The translations under genes and the position numbers were made by a program. Positions 33,863 to 45,656 of a stretch of 64,000 nt of DNA are shown here, one piece after another. The stretch comes from a candidate division CPR3 bacterium GWF2_35_18 (GTDB lineage: Bacteria > Patescibacteriota > CPR3 > GWF2-35-18): positions 2,373 through 66,372 of the forward strand of contig MESW01000008.1 in NCBI GenBank assembly GCA_001771135.1, given 5' to 3'. The notes under the pieces are model-generated. The model did no database searches. It was given only the letters and a program-made list of their open reading frames with translations, and had not been told where the DNA came from. How positions within the stretch are numbered: position 1 is the first letter of the stretch; each line of letters begins with the position of its first letter.

Positions 33863-36580
33863 ATGAGTATTTTAGAGATTAATAATTTTATTTTGCATAA
33901 TCAGGCGGGAGTATTTATTGCTCTAGGATTGATATCAATATTCCTGTTTATTGTTATCAAGAGGATAAAAGGCAGTAAAGCAATGAATTCGATTACGATC
34001 GAGGACGGAGTTCTTCTCGCAATCGAAGTTCCTCGTTTCAATGAAAAAGGAGCCTTAGCTGCAGAACAAATGTTTGCTTCTCTGCATGGGCTTTTAAAGT
34101 ATACTCCCGGTATTCAAGAACATATCTCTTTTGAAATCACATCTTCTGCCAAGGGTATAAAATTTTATGTCTTTTTACCTTCATATTTCCATAAGTTTGT
34201 AGAGAGTCAGATTTATGCTCAATATCCTTCTGCAGAGATAAAAGTTATAGAAGATTACTCTCAGATGGACGTTTCTTCTTATCAATTTGTTGGTTCCGAT
34301 ATCACTATGAGTCGGGAATATTTTTTCCCAATTAAAACCTTTCGGGACTTTGAAGTAGATCCCTTAGCCGCAATTACCGGTGCTTTTGAAAAATTAGAAG
34401 ATCCCAATGGACAGGTTTGGTTTCAGATTCTTATTCGTCCGATTCCTGATGATTGGCAGGATCCTGGACATGCATACGTTTCAGCGGTTAGAGAAGGAAA
34501 TTTTGACGAAAAGAGTGCTTTGGGTAAATTTGTGGAAACATTCACCAAAGAAATTGGTTATATAATTACTGGGATTATAGGGTATTTGTTCCGTCCCGAT
34601 GCGGAAATTGGAGGAGATTCTGCTACCGCTGCTGCCAAACAACAGGTGAGACTTTCTGCTGGACAGGACATTGCTTTAAAAGCTATAGAAAACAAATTGA
34701 CAAAGCTAGGATTTGAAGCTGCGGTGAGAGTCATTACTTTTGCCGAAGACGAAGAAAAATCACAAAAACAGCTTTCTTCGGCAATTGCTTCATTAAAACA
34801 ATTTTCTACTGCCAATCTGAATAGCTTTGAACGTTCACCAATTGTTACTCCGAACCAAATTCTCCTTCAAAGATATCGAGAAAGATATTTTCCTACGGAA
34901 AGAGATTCCTCTTTTGTTTTAAATATTGAGGAATTAGCTTCAGTTTTTCATCTTCCTTCAGAGTCAGTAGAAACTCCAAATATCGCTTGGGTAGATGCCA
35001 AAAGGGGTGAACCACCTTTGACTTTACCTTTAACTGACTGTACGTATATTGGTAAGACTATTTTTAGAGATACTGAATCAGTTTTTGGAATTAAAACTGA
35101 AGATCGTCGTCAACATATGTATGTGATTGGAAAAACGGGTACAGGGAAGTCAACTTTAATGAAAAACATGATAATTAATGACATGAAATCTGGTCGTGGT
35201 GTTGGAGTCCTTGATCCGCATGGAGATTTGATTGAAGAGCTTCTTCAATATGTTCCTCTCGAAAGAATCAACGATGTGGTAATTTTTGATCCTTCAGATG
35301 CGAACTATCCCGTATCAATGAATATGTTGGAATTATTTGATCCCTCTCAAAAAGATCTCTATGCTTCCGGTTTACTGGATGTTTTTAAAAAATATTTTGG
35401 TTATTCTTGGGGACCTAGATTAGAACATATTCTTAGAAACTGTATTTTAACACTATTAGAAATTCCCAATTCAACTTTACTTGGAATAACCAGAATTTTG
35501 ATTGATAAAAACTATGAAAGTTACATAGTTGATCAGGTTAAGGATCCTGTTGTAAAGGCCTTCTGGCAGGAGGAATTTGCTAATATTAGAGGAAACCAAC
35601 GTCTCTTTTCAGAAGCAATTCAGCCTATTCAAAACAAAGTGGGGCAATTTTTATCCGCCGCAACCGTGAGAAATATTGTCGGACAAGCAAAAAGTAGCAT
35701 TGAGATTGATGATATTATAAATACCGGAAAGATCTTTTTTGTAAACCTTTCAAAGGGTAAAATAGGAGCGGATAATTCATCTCTTTTGGGAGCAATGATT
35801 ATTTCTAGATTACAATTTGCAGCTATGGCTAGAGTCAAAATCCCAGAGTCAGAACGTAGGGATTTCTACGTTTATGCAGATGAGTTTCAGAACTTTGCGA
35901 CAGAGTCGTTTTCAAATGTGCTTTCTGAAGCCAGGAAATATCGTCTTAGTTTAATTTTGGCACATCAATACATTGATCAGCTTCCAGAAGAGGTTCGTGA
36001 GGCAGTATTTGGTAACGTGGGAACTATTGTAGCCTTTACAATCGGTTCCAAAGATGCCAGATTTTTAGAAAAAGAATTTGCGCCTACGTTTGAAGAATCA
36101 GATTTAGTCAATTTACAAAGACACTATATTTACATTAAAATGATGATAGATGGAATGACCAGTAATCCATTTTCAGCCGTAACTCTTGCACCTCAAGGTG
36201 AAATTACAAACAAAAAAGAAGAGATTATTGCTTTATCGAGGCAAAAATTCAGTCGTGAGCTTGAAACCGTAGAAAACAGAGTTCGAAAATGGACGGAAAC
36301 AAAGTTCAAAAAAGGAATGAAGTTGGTGATTAAAGATAAGCCAGGCCAGAATAAAGAAAAGTTATCCACGATTGATGACATTGAGGAATACGAATTACCT
36401 AAAGGTTCAGAAGCAGAAGCTCCTAAAACTGAAAACATGAATATAACATCAGAATCAGAAAAGATTCCTCCGATATCAGAAATAAATAATCCCATTATTT
36501 CAGATAAAGCAGTTACAATTGATAAAGATTGCGGGCCTATTCCTATTAATATACCAAAACCCAATGAGGAAAAAAGTTAA
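33863..36580 (+). CDS. VirD4/TraG-HerA-like ATPase (type IV coupling-protein-like)
   Basis: N-terminal TM; RRQHMYVIGKTGTGKS, LDPHGD, YADEFQNF, SEARKYRL and AHQY motifs. Confidence 0.85.
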   Translation: MSILEINNFILHNQAGVFIALGLISIFLFIVIKRIKGSKAMNSITIEDGVLLAIEVPRFNEKGALAAEQMFASLHGLLKYTPGIQEHISFEITSSAKGIKFYVFLPSYFHKFVESQIYAQYPSAEIKVIEDYSQMDVSSYQFVGSDITMSREYFFPIKTFRDFEVDPLAAITGAFEKLEDPNGQVWFQILIRPIPDDWQDPGHAYVSAVREGNFDEKSALGKFVETFTKEIGYIITGIIGYLFRPDAEIGGDSATAAAKQQVRLSAGQDIALKAIENKLTKLGFEAAVRVITFAEDEEKSQKQLSSAIASLKQFSTANLNSFERSPIVTPNQILLQRYRERYFPTERDSSFVLNIEELASVFHLPSESVETPNIAWVDAKRGEPPLTLPLTDCTYIGKTIFRDTESVFGIKTEDRRQHMYVIGKTGTGKSTLMKNMIINDMKSGRGVGVLDPHGDLIEELLQYVPLERINDVVIFDPSDANYPVSMNMLELFDPSQKDLYASGLLDVFKKYFGYSWGPRLEHILRNCILTLLEIPNSTLLGITRILIDKNYESYIVDQVKDPVVKAFWQEEFANIRGNQRLFSEAIQPIQNKVGQFLSAATVRNIVGQAKSSIEIDDIINTGKIFFVNLSKGKIGADNSSLLGAMIISRLQFAAMARVKIPESERRDFYVYADEFQNFATESFSNVLSEARKYRLSLILAHQYIDQLPEEVREAVFGNVGTIVAFTIGSKDARFLEKEFAPTFEESDLVNLQRHYIYIKMMIDGMTSNPFSAVTLAPQGEITNKKEEIIALSRQKFSRELETVENRVRKWTETKFKKGMKLVIKDKPGQNKEKLSTIDDIEEYELPKGSEAEAPKTENMNITSESEKIPPISEINNPIISDKAVTIDKDCGPIPINIPKPNEEKS

Positions 36581-36616
36581 GAATTGGGTTACAATTTAAA
36601 AAAGGAGATTATTCAA

Positions 36617-37561
36617 ATGAATAGTATGCAAATGAAAATGTTAAGAGATGCCGTTAATGCTGCTGAATCAAATATAAAATTGGCAAAAAACCTTCTTTAT
36701 CAGCTAGAAGAAGGAAGAGGCGATCGTTTTGAACGACATGACAGATTTGACCATAACGATCGTAATGATCGTAACGACCGTCGTGATCGTTTTGATCGTA
36801 ATCGGAATAACGATCTTAACCGTAGACCGCAAAGTGCTGCTATTCCTGTTGCAAAAGATAAAGACATTAATCGAGATCGGGAATTGGTAGGATTTTTTAA
36901 CGGTTTAGAAATGTTGACCGAAAGCGGGAAAAAATTTATTGTTCCTCGAAATTATATTTCCAAAAGCTTTATTGTTGAAGGGGACACCTTGAAATTAGTT
37001 AAAGATGAAGGAGAGGAAAAGTTTAAACAGATTCGTCGGGTAAAGAGAAAAAGAATTGTGGGTACTTTATCTAAAAAAGACGGTGATTTTGTCGTTGTTA
37101 CAGAACTGGGAAGCTTTAAGGTCATTCCGGAAGCAATCGCTTTTTATAAAGCAAAAGAAGAAGATCACTTAACTGTTTTGGTTCCGGCTGAGAAAAAAGC
37201 TACTTGGGCTTCAGTAGAAGGTATTGCTGTTGAGGAAAAGGAAGATATTGTTGATGTTACAGCAGAAAAAGATGATAAAACTGAAGGAAAAGAGGTAGCA
37301 CCTAAAAAGAAATATCCAAAGGCAAAAAAAACAAAGGAGATAAAAGAAGAAAAAAGTGAAAATACTCCGGTTTTAGAGAAAGAAGTTGTTACTCCCAAGG
37401 ATTCTCAGATAATTTTTGAGGAAGGAAAAGAAGTGACCCCAGAGATAAAGATAGAAGCTTCAAAAATAGAAGAACCTTCAGTTCTGGAGGTTAAATCTGA
37501 AGAAAAACCACCTGCCCCTGAACACAAAAAGAGTGAAGATGACGAGGAGGCTTTACAATAA
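36617..37561 (+). CDS. Conserved hypothetical protein with an R/D-rich low-complexity tract and acidic tail
   Basis: ATG 36617 after AAGGAG; core GFFNG..M....GKKF.VPRNYISKS..VEGD.LK; DRFDHNDRNDRNDRRDR tract. Confidence 0.7.
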   Translation: MNSMQMKMLRDAVNAAESNIKLAKNLLYQLEEGRGDRFERHDRFDHNDRNDRNDRRDRFDRNRNNDLNRRPQSAAIPVAKDKDINRDRELVGFFNGLEMLTESGKKFIVPRNYISKSFIVEGDTLKLVKDEGEEKFKQIRRVKRKRIVGTLSKKDGDFVVVTELGSFKVIPEAIAFYKAKEEDHLTVLVPAEKKATWASVEGIAVEEKEDIVDVTAEKDDKTEGKEVAPKKKYPKAKKTKEIKEEKSENTPVLEKEVVTPKDSQIIFEEGKEVTPEIKIEASKIEEPSVLEVKSEEKPPAPEHKKSEDDEEALQ

Positions 37562-37585
37562 TTTAAAAAAAGGTAGGGGTAAATT

Positions 37586-38332
37586 ATGTCAGGTCATTCA
37601 AAATGGAAAACTAATAAGCATAAGAAAGGCATCGCAGATGCTAAAAGAGGGCAAGCCTTTACTAAAATAGCCAAGATTATTACGATTGCGGCTAAAGAAG
37701 GTGGAGGTAATCCTGATAGTAACTTTAAACTTCGTTTAGCAATAGAAAAAGGTCGTGAAGTGAACATGCCCAAAGAGAATGTACAACGGGCTATTGATAG
37801 GGGAGTTGGAAATGCTGACGGGGCTTCAAACTATAAAGAAGTTGTCTATGAAGGTTTTGGTCCTGAAGGAACGGCATTTATTGTTGATGCAGCCACAGAT
37901 AATACTAATCGTACTAATGCAGAGTTAAAAACTCTTTTCTCCAAAAATGGGGGAAACATGGCAAGCTCTGGAGCGGTTGCATATCTTTTTGATCACGTGG
38001 GATATCTTTTTTTAGAAATTGAAAAAAATAAAATTGAAGAAGTTATGTTGACCGTAATGGAAGAAGCTGGCGTATTAGATGTTGTTGAAGATAAAGAAGG
38101 AATTGATGTCTATACACAGTTAGACATGCTATCTGCTATCAGAGAATCTCTTACTGCTAAAGGTTATAATATCAAAGATGGTGAATTGATTTTCAGAGCA
38201 AAAAATCCGATTAAAATAGAAGATAAAAATATTATAGAAAGATTGATTAGTTTTTCAGAGCTTATTGAAGAACATGATGATGTTCAAAAAGTTCACGTTA
38301 ATTTTGAGATTGATGATGAGATTTTCAAATGA
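37586..38332 (+). CDS. yebC: YebC/PmpR family protein
   Basis: MSGHSKW, NMPKENVQRAI, YEGFGP, TDNTNRT and DDVQKV motifs. Confidence 0.96.
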   Translation: MSGHSKWKTNKHKKGIADAKRGQAFTKIAKIITIAAKEGGGNPDSNFKLRLAIEKGREVNMPKENVQRAIDRGVGNADGASNYKEVVYEGFGPEGTAFIVDAATDNTNRTNAELKTLFSKNGGNMASSGAVAYLFDHVGYLFLEIEKNKIEEVMLTVMEEAGVLDVVEDKEGIDVYTQLDMLSAIRESLTAKGYNIKDGELIFRAKNPIKIEDKNIIERLISFSELIEEHDDVQKVHVNFEIDDEIFK

Positions 38333-38895
38333 TTATTTTAGGAATTGATCCCGGACTAGCTACGACCGGTTATGGTGTTATTAAAGTTAATCCTAAAAAA
38401 AAATATTTAACTTCAAATACAAGCTTTGAGAATGGTTTTGAGCTTTTAATTGACTACGGTTGTTTAGTGACTGATAAGGCATTAGAGGAACCAAAACGCC
38501 TAAACTCTTTATATAAAGATACTCAGGCATTACTTAAACTATTTAAACCGGATGTTATTACTATAGAAAGGTTATTTTTCTTTAAAAATGCGAAGACAAT
38601 TATCTCTGTAGGACAAGCTAGAGGTGTAGTAATTTTAGCCGCTTCTCAGTTTTCAATACCAGTATTAGAGTATGCTCCGTTACAGGTAAAGTCAGTCTTA
38701 ACAGGTTACGGTCGTTCTAAGAAAAAAGAAGTTGAGAAGAAGGTGAAAGAGATATTAAACACTCCGATTTTAAAAATAAAAAAAGAGAAGAAATCGAAAG
38801 ATGGACATCATATAGATGATGCTGTTGATGCTTTGGCTGTTGCTATTTGTCATACATTTAAAATGCGGGAAAAGTTAATAAAAATAAAAAAGTAA
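38329..38895 (+). CDS. ruvC: Holliday junction resolvase
   Basis: ILGIDPG, IERLFF, QARGV and DDAVDALAVAICH motifs. Confidence 0.95.
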   Translation: MIILGIDPGLATTGYGVIKVNPKKKYLTSNTSFENGFELLIDYGCLVTDKALEEPKRLNSLYKDTQALLKLFKPDVITIERLFFFKNAKTIISVGQARGVVILAASQFSIPVLEYAPLQVKSVLTGYGRSKKKEVEKKVKEILNTPILKIKKEKKSKDGHHIDDAVDALAVAICHTFKMREKLIKIKK

Positions 38896-38898
38896 CTT

Positions 38899-39663
38899 AT
38901 GAATTTTGGAATACTTACCAAAAGGAAAAAAATCACTATAATTTCAGTAATCATAACTGTAATTTTTTTCCTGTTCAACTACTTTGATATTTCCTTGTAT
39001 TTGAAATTTATTGTTGGAGCAATGATCACTTACTTTTTGTGTTTGTGGGCTTTTGATTTTGATTTGAAGCGTTCTGAATATATCATTCTGCCAATAATGC
39101 CGATTCTCTTTTACCTTTCCATGTCTCTTTTATATCCGATTTTGGAAAAATTAAACATTAAATATTTAGTATATCCATTTATTTTACTAGGGATGTATAT
39201 TTTATTGTTAACCTTTAATATCTTGAATATTTCTACGTTTAAACCGATTCCGCTTTCAAAAGCGGCCTGGATCTCTCTTTCTCTCTGGCGCTTTATAATT
39301 TCATTTTTGGTTTATACTTATCTTTTTTGGTTCCATTTTAATTGGTATGTCATAGTGTCGTTAATATTTGTCTTTAGCATTTTTATCGCTTATCCTAGTT
39401 TTTATCTTTTGATTCACCAATTAGGTAGGGGAGAAAGATCTTTATTCTACATTATAGTAGTTACTTTAGCTGTTGTCGAAGTTGGATTTTTGCTTACCTT
39501 TTGGAAACTTCCATTTTTTGGTTCTGGTTTAATATTAGGAGCTTTAGTCTATATTGTAACTGGAATTTTAGAGGCCCATCTAAAAGCTCAACTCGATAGG
39601 GAATTCTTTTGGGAATATGGCGTTGTAGCTTTGTTTGCTATGCTTCTCATGATATTTCTTTAA
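38899..39663 (+). CDS. Multi-pass membrane protein (DUF5656-like)
   Basis: About 8-9 TM segments; NILNIS...IPL.KAA motif. Confidence 0.7.
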   Translation: MNFGILTKRKKITIISVIITVIFFLFNYFDISLYLKFIVGAMITYFLCLWAFDFDLKRSEYIILPIMPILFYLSMSLLYPILEKLNIKYLVYPFILLGMYILLLTFNILNISTFKPIPLSKAAWISLSLWRFIISFLVYTYLFWFHFNWYVIVSLIFVFSIFIAYPSFYLLIHQLGRGERSLFYIIVVTLAVVEVGFLLTFWKLPFFGSGLILGALVYIVTGILEAHLKAQLDREFFWEYGVVALFAMLLMIFL

Positions 39664-40158
39664 TTTCATTAATAATCAATAATTATTTAAATAGAATTAG
39701 TAATAAATAAAGGAGAGTGTTTTTAATAAATTAGTAATTTAATTATCCTGTGGGGAAGGGGATAGTTATGGTTGTTAGAAAAGGATTAACTTGCTGCGTG
39801 TAACATATTGATATAGTCTGTGGAACATTGGTATAATTAAAAACTATAGGTTATAGATATTGATCTAGAATGCGTAGGTAGATTGTGGATAACTTTTTGA
39901 GGTCACGTTTTCAGCGACATTCGAAGATGACTGCTAATCTTATAGAGGAGGAGTATAGCATTCTTTCTCTATTTTGGTATTAATATATCGTGTTTATAAA
40001 TTATTTAATATATTTATATTTCAAAATTAAATTAATCATTATTAATGAAATAATGATAGAGATATATTCTCTGTTTTTGGTCTTATCTATGTGTAAATAT
40101 TCACTGAGATTTTAGGGAGAGATTTATGGATGGAGCAGTGATTTTGGTAATATGTATA

Positions 40159-40186
40159 ATGTCGTACAATATAACTTAAGCGACAA
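40159..40186. other. Candidate dif site (Xer recombination site)
   Basis: 11-6-11 layout ATGTCGTACAA-TATAAC-TTAAGCGACAA with inverted arms; about 440 bp upstream of the xer gene, where gene orientation converges. Confidence 0.55.
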
Positions 40187-40626
40187 TAGGTGTAAAGTTG
40201 AAAGAGAGGAGTATTAATCCAGATTATATTGATGTATTAATATTTATGTTTATTTCATTAATTAATTTATTAAATTAATATTTATTAATAATTTCCCAAT
40301 TAATCCTAATTCTCTCTATTTAGAGGTCTCCAATTTTTTCGTCTTTAAAATTTCTCTTGTCCTCTTTTGATATAGGTTTGATATATTTATGCTATTTTTG
40401 CTCCTTCTCTGTCTTTTTCCCCTTTAGAGAAGTGGTTTTGAAATGACAAAAGACACTAAAAAGGTTAAAATGAGATAAGGTATAAGTGAATTTTAATTAT
40501 AAACGAAGGTTTTATGTTGATATGACGCCATAAAAATGGCGTATGACTTTAGAAGCCGTCTAGAACGCGTGAAAAATTTAAAGACGATTCTCTAATCATT
40601 AAAATAACGTAAATAGATAGAAAAAT

Positions 40627-41556
40627 ATGAAAACTCTCAAAGAACATAGCTTAGAATTTTTGGAATACTGTGAAATTGAAAAGGGTCTTTCACAACTTAC
40701 AATTAGAAATTACGCTTTTTATTTACAACGATTTTTGGATTATTTGAAAGAAAATAATAAAGAAGATTTAACTCCTGAAAAATTAAGTGCCAAAAATATT
40801 TGGGATTTTCGAGTTTATTTATCACGATACCAAAATCCAGTTTTAAAAAAAGGTTTGAAACGAAATTCGCAGTCATATTTTTTAATTGCATTACGAGTAC
40901 TACTAAAATATTTAGCTAGAAACGATATCAAGACTTTGTCTGCTGATAAAATTGAGTTACCAAAGAAAGAAGCACGCCAGATTAAATTTTTGAGTGAAGA
41001 TCAGGTGGATAAAATCTTAAATGCACCCAAAGCTGATAACATAAGCGGTTTGAGGGATAAGGCTATACTAGAGACTCTTTTTTCGACAGGGCTTCGTGTG
41101 GCTGAGCTCATTGCTTTGAATACGGATCAGATAAATTTTTCTTCACGTGAAATTGGCGTAGTTGGTAAAGGTAATAAACCACGAGTAGTATTTCTATCTG
41201 ATAATGCTGTAATGGCTTTGCAGAGGTACTTGAATAAAAGAAAAGATAAAGAAAAAGCTTTGTTTGTAAATTATCGTGGAAAGATTCCAGAAGCTGGAGA
41301 ACGCCGTTTGTCAACTCGTAGCGTTGAGAGGCTTATCAAAAAATACGTCTTGCAGGCGGGGATTCCAATTTCCGCAACTCCTCACACAATGAGACATAGC
41401 TTCGCTACCGATCTTTTGATGCAAGGAGCAGATCTTCGTTCTGTTCAAGAACTTTTGGGACACTCAAATATCGCAACAACACAAATTTATACTCATGTTA
41501 CGAATAAACAGCTTAAAGATGTGCATCAAGCTTTTCATAGCGGGAACAAAAGATAG
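40627..41556 (+). CDS. XerC/XerD-type tyrosine recombinase
   Basis: SAM-like N-domain; RD.AILE.LFSTGLRVAEL, GKGNKPR, TPHTMRHSFAT and LGH...TTQIY catalytic motifs. Confidence 0.93.
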   Translation: MKTLKEHSLEFLEYCEIEKGLSQLTIRNYAFYLQRFLDYLKENNKEDLTPEKLSAKNIWDFRVYLSRYQNPVLKKGLKRNSQSYFLIALRVLLKYLARNDIKTLSADKIELPKKEARQIKFLSEDQVDKILNAPKADNISGLRDKAILETLFSTGLRVAELIALNTDQINFSSREIGVVGKGNKPRVVFLSDNAVMALQRYLNKRKDKEKALFVNYRGKIPEAGERRLSTRSVERLIKKYVLQAGIPISATPHTMRHSFATDLLMQGADLRSVQELLGHSNIATTQIYTHVTNKQLKDVHQAFHSGNKR

Positions 41557-41600
41557 ATAAGTAAGATGTTCGATGGAAATTTATTTATCCTACTCCCCTC

Positions 41601-43279
<1,679 letters not shown>

Positions 43280-43282
43280 TTA

Positions 43283-44101
43283 TTATACACGACTATAATT
43301 ATATTTATGAAGTTCTCTAAGTTTTGCATCTATTTGTTCTCGTCGTTTTCTATTATATTGATGGATTAATATTTTGTTTTGATCTTCCGCGTTGTCATGA
43401 GCATTCTTCATTTCAATCATTTGTGCCGCGTTATACGCAAGTAAAGATTCTTGGAAATAGTTATAGATCAATATTCCGATGATGGTTTTGTTAAAATATT
43501 TAACTACTTCATTAACATTGGGTTCAACTCTAAATCGTTCATCAATATCTTCAAATTTTTTTTGACTTTTTTCTTTATTTGGTTTTGTAATTAAAGATAC
43601 TACTTCAACTATCTGTTGTACTGCACTTTTATATCTTGGGAAAACAATATGAATATGTGCATACGTTCCTAAGATGTCTTTTAATGGTTCTATTTGTTCA
43701 TATTTTACTTTGTTAGGAATACTAAAAAAATGGATTGTGCGTTCATTTCTCTTTATGAAATGATTGTGTCCTTTTTTGCCGGTAATTAAAAGATCCGCTT
43801 TGTATTCTTTATAGAGATGTTCCCCTTTTTCAAGTACTTTATTGAGTAAATTCCCATACATACCTCTATTCAGAGTAAGTACTACAACAAGATGTTTATT
43901 ATTTACTTCCGGTCTTTCAGGTGTTAGCTGTTGTAATGTTCGATACACTTTCCAGGTTTCCTCAAAAAAAAGTCTACTTTTCAATATCTTTTCTCTGGTT
44001 TTAAATATTTCGTTTGCCGCACTTTGCTCCAGTGCTTGCGCAATTTCTCCGAGATATTCAACTGCTTTAATTTTATTTCTTAATATTTCTAGAGACTGCA
44101 T
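43283..44101 (-). CDS. atpG: F1-like gamma subunit (divergent)
   Basis: N- and C-terminal coiled coils; LTLNRGMYGNL and MKNAHDNA......YNRKRREQID motifs. Confidence 0.85.
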   Translation of the reverse strand: MQSLEILRNKIKAVEYLGEIAQALEQSAANEIFKTREKILKSRLFFEETWKVYRTLQQLTPERPEVNNKHLVVVLTLNRGMYGNLLNKVLEKGEHLYKEYKADLLITGKKGHNHFIKRNERTIHFFSIPNKVKYEQIEPLKDILGTYAHIHIVFPRYKSAVQQIVEVVSLITKPNKEKSQKKFEDIDERFRVEPNVNEVVKYFNKTIIGILIYNYFQESLLAYNAAQMIEMKNAHDNAEDQNKILIHQYNRKRREQIDAKLRELHKYNYSRV

Positions 44102-45656
44102 ATTGATCGCCGGTTGATTCTTTTAAAAGATCTACTATTGTTTCCTTTTCAGCTTCTGATTGTTCTGTCTTTTGAACTATTGGAGGTGTTTTAGGATCTT
44201 TGATAAAATCATTAATTACAGATTCTAAAATCTCTTTTGATTTATCTAACGATTTTAAAGAGAGTGCTTTTTGAACAGAAGCTATATATGAATCTTCTTG
44301 AGAATAACTATGAAATTTTAGTTTTAATTCAGCTATAACTTCATAATTCCACATTAGTATTTTTTTTGAAACGAGTAAATAAAGCATTCCAATTTCATAT
44401 TCTAATGTAAGAAGATCATTAAGAGATTGATGGAAAATAAGATCGATTCTTTTCCCTAGTTCAATAATCTCATAGGTGTTTTTTTGTATTTCTGTTCCCA
44501 GGGAGATGAATTTTTCTACCTCATGGTAACGAATTATCACTGTTTTAAGTTTATCCGATAATTCGCGTAATAGTTTTGGTTGCGATTTTCCTCCAATTCT
44601 GGTAACGGAATAACCAATATCTATTGCTGGTTGAATACCTTTATTTGCTAGGCTTTGTCTAAATAAAATGTGTCCATCTGTTATGGCCATAAGATTTGTT
44701 GTGATGAAGTCAGTAAATTCTTCACTTTGAGTCTCAACAATAGGAATAGCTGTAATAGAGCCATTTCCTACTTTATCACTAAAACTTCCACATCTTTCCA
44801 ATAGCCGGGTATGTAAATAGAAAATATCTCCTGGATAAGCTTCTCTTCCGGGTGGTCTATTGAGGAGTAATGAAAGTTGTCTATATACTTTAGCGTGTGC
44901 GGTTAAATTATCGAATACGATAAGAACATCTTTTCCTAGACCTGCTAGAGTTTCAGCAATTGTCATTCCTGTCATTGGAGCAATATAGTTTAAAGATGCA
45001 GGATCAGAAGATCTTGATAAAATGACAATCGTGTTTCTAAATGCTCCGTATTGGTATAGCTGGCTGAGTCTTCTCTTTACATGAGTAGATTCTGCGTCAA
45101 TAGTGACAAAAATACTTGCTACATTAGAATTAATTTTAGTTTGATTTGCAATAATCGCTGCAGCCACATCGCTCTTTTTAATTTTCTTTTCTCCGATAAA
45201 CAACTCTCTTTGTCCTTTTCCTATGGGAATTTGCGAATCGATTAATATATATCCGGTATTTAATTGCGTTATAATTTGTTTTCTTTCATTAACTTTTTTA
45301 GCCGTTCCTTCTATATCCTTTAAAAGGCCTTTTTCGATCTCTCCTTTGTTATCCAGTGGTTCCCCAAGTGGGCTTATAATTCTTCCAAGTAGCTTTTCAC
45401 TGACATTGATTTTTAAAGAAGGACTAATTATTTTTACCAATTCGCCACGCCGTAAATTTTGATAATTTCCGAGGAGAATAATTTGAGCTTCTTGTTGCGT
45501 AAATCCTAGAACAATTCCCCTTACTCCTGATGAAAATTGTACCACATTATTGAGAGCTACAGATTCCAATCCGCTTATGATACAGACTTCATTTATAATT
45601 GATTCTACTCTGCCGACACTTTCTTTTACACCAATTGAATTAAAACTTTTTGTCAT
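44073..45656 (-). CDS. atpA: F1-like alpha subunit with degenerate Walker A
   Basis: [36 protein letters not shown] and SVTRIGG motifs; P-loop reads GEKKIKKS. Confidence 0.88.
   Translation of the reverse strand: MTKSFNSIGVKESVGRVESIINEVCIISGLESVALNNVVQFSSGVRGIVLGFTQQEAQIILLGNYQNLRRGELVKIISPSLKINVSEKLLGRIISPLGEPLDNKGEIEKGLLKDIEGTAKKVNERKQIITQLNTGYILIDSQIPIGKGQRELFIGEKKIKKSDVAAAIIANQTKINSNVASIFVTIDAESTHVKRRLSQLYQYGAFRNTIVILSRSSDPASLNYIAPMTGMTIAETLAGLGKDVLIVFDNLTAHAKVYRQLSLLLNRPPGREAYPGDIFYLHTRLLERCGSFSDKVGNGSITAIPIVETQSEEFTDFITTNLMAITDGHILFRQSLANKGIQPAIDIGYSVTRIGGKSQPKLLRELSDKLKTVIIRYHEVEKFISLGTEIQKNTYEIIELGKRIDLIFHQSLNDLLTLEYEIGMLYLLVSKKILMWNYEVIAELKLKFHSYSQEDSYIASVQKALSLKSLDKSKEILESVINDFIKDPKTPPIVQKTEQSEAEKETIVDLLKESTGDQYAVSRNIKK

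Noticed and set aside
39749-39892. oriC suggested by a perfect DnaA box (TGTGGATAA, 39884-39892) and two 2-mismatch boxes in an AT-rich gap
   Set aside because: Only one perfect box and no dnaA/dnaN nearby. Genes converge here rather than diverge, and a xer gene plus a dif-like site favour the terminus.
40495-40522. Alternative dif site based on a TTATGTTGATA XerD-like arm
   Set aside because: No matching left arm at 6-bp spacing; the 40159-40186 site fits the 11-6-11 geometry better.
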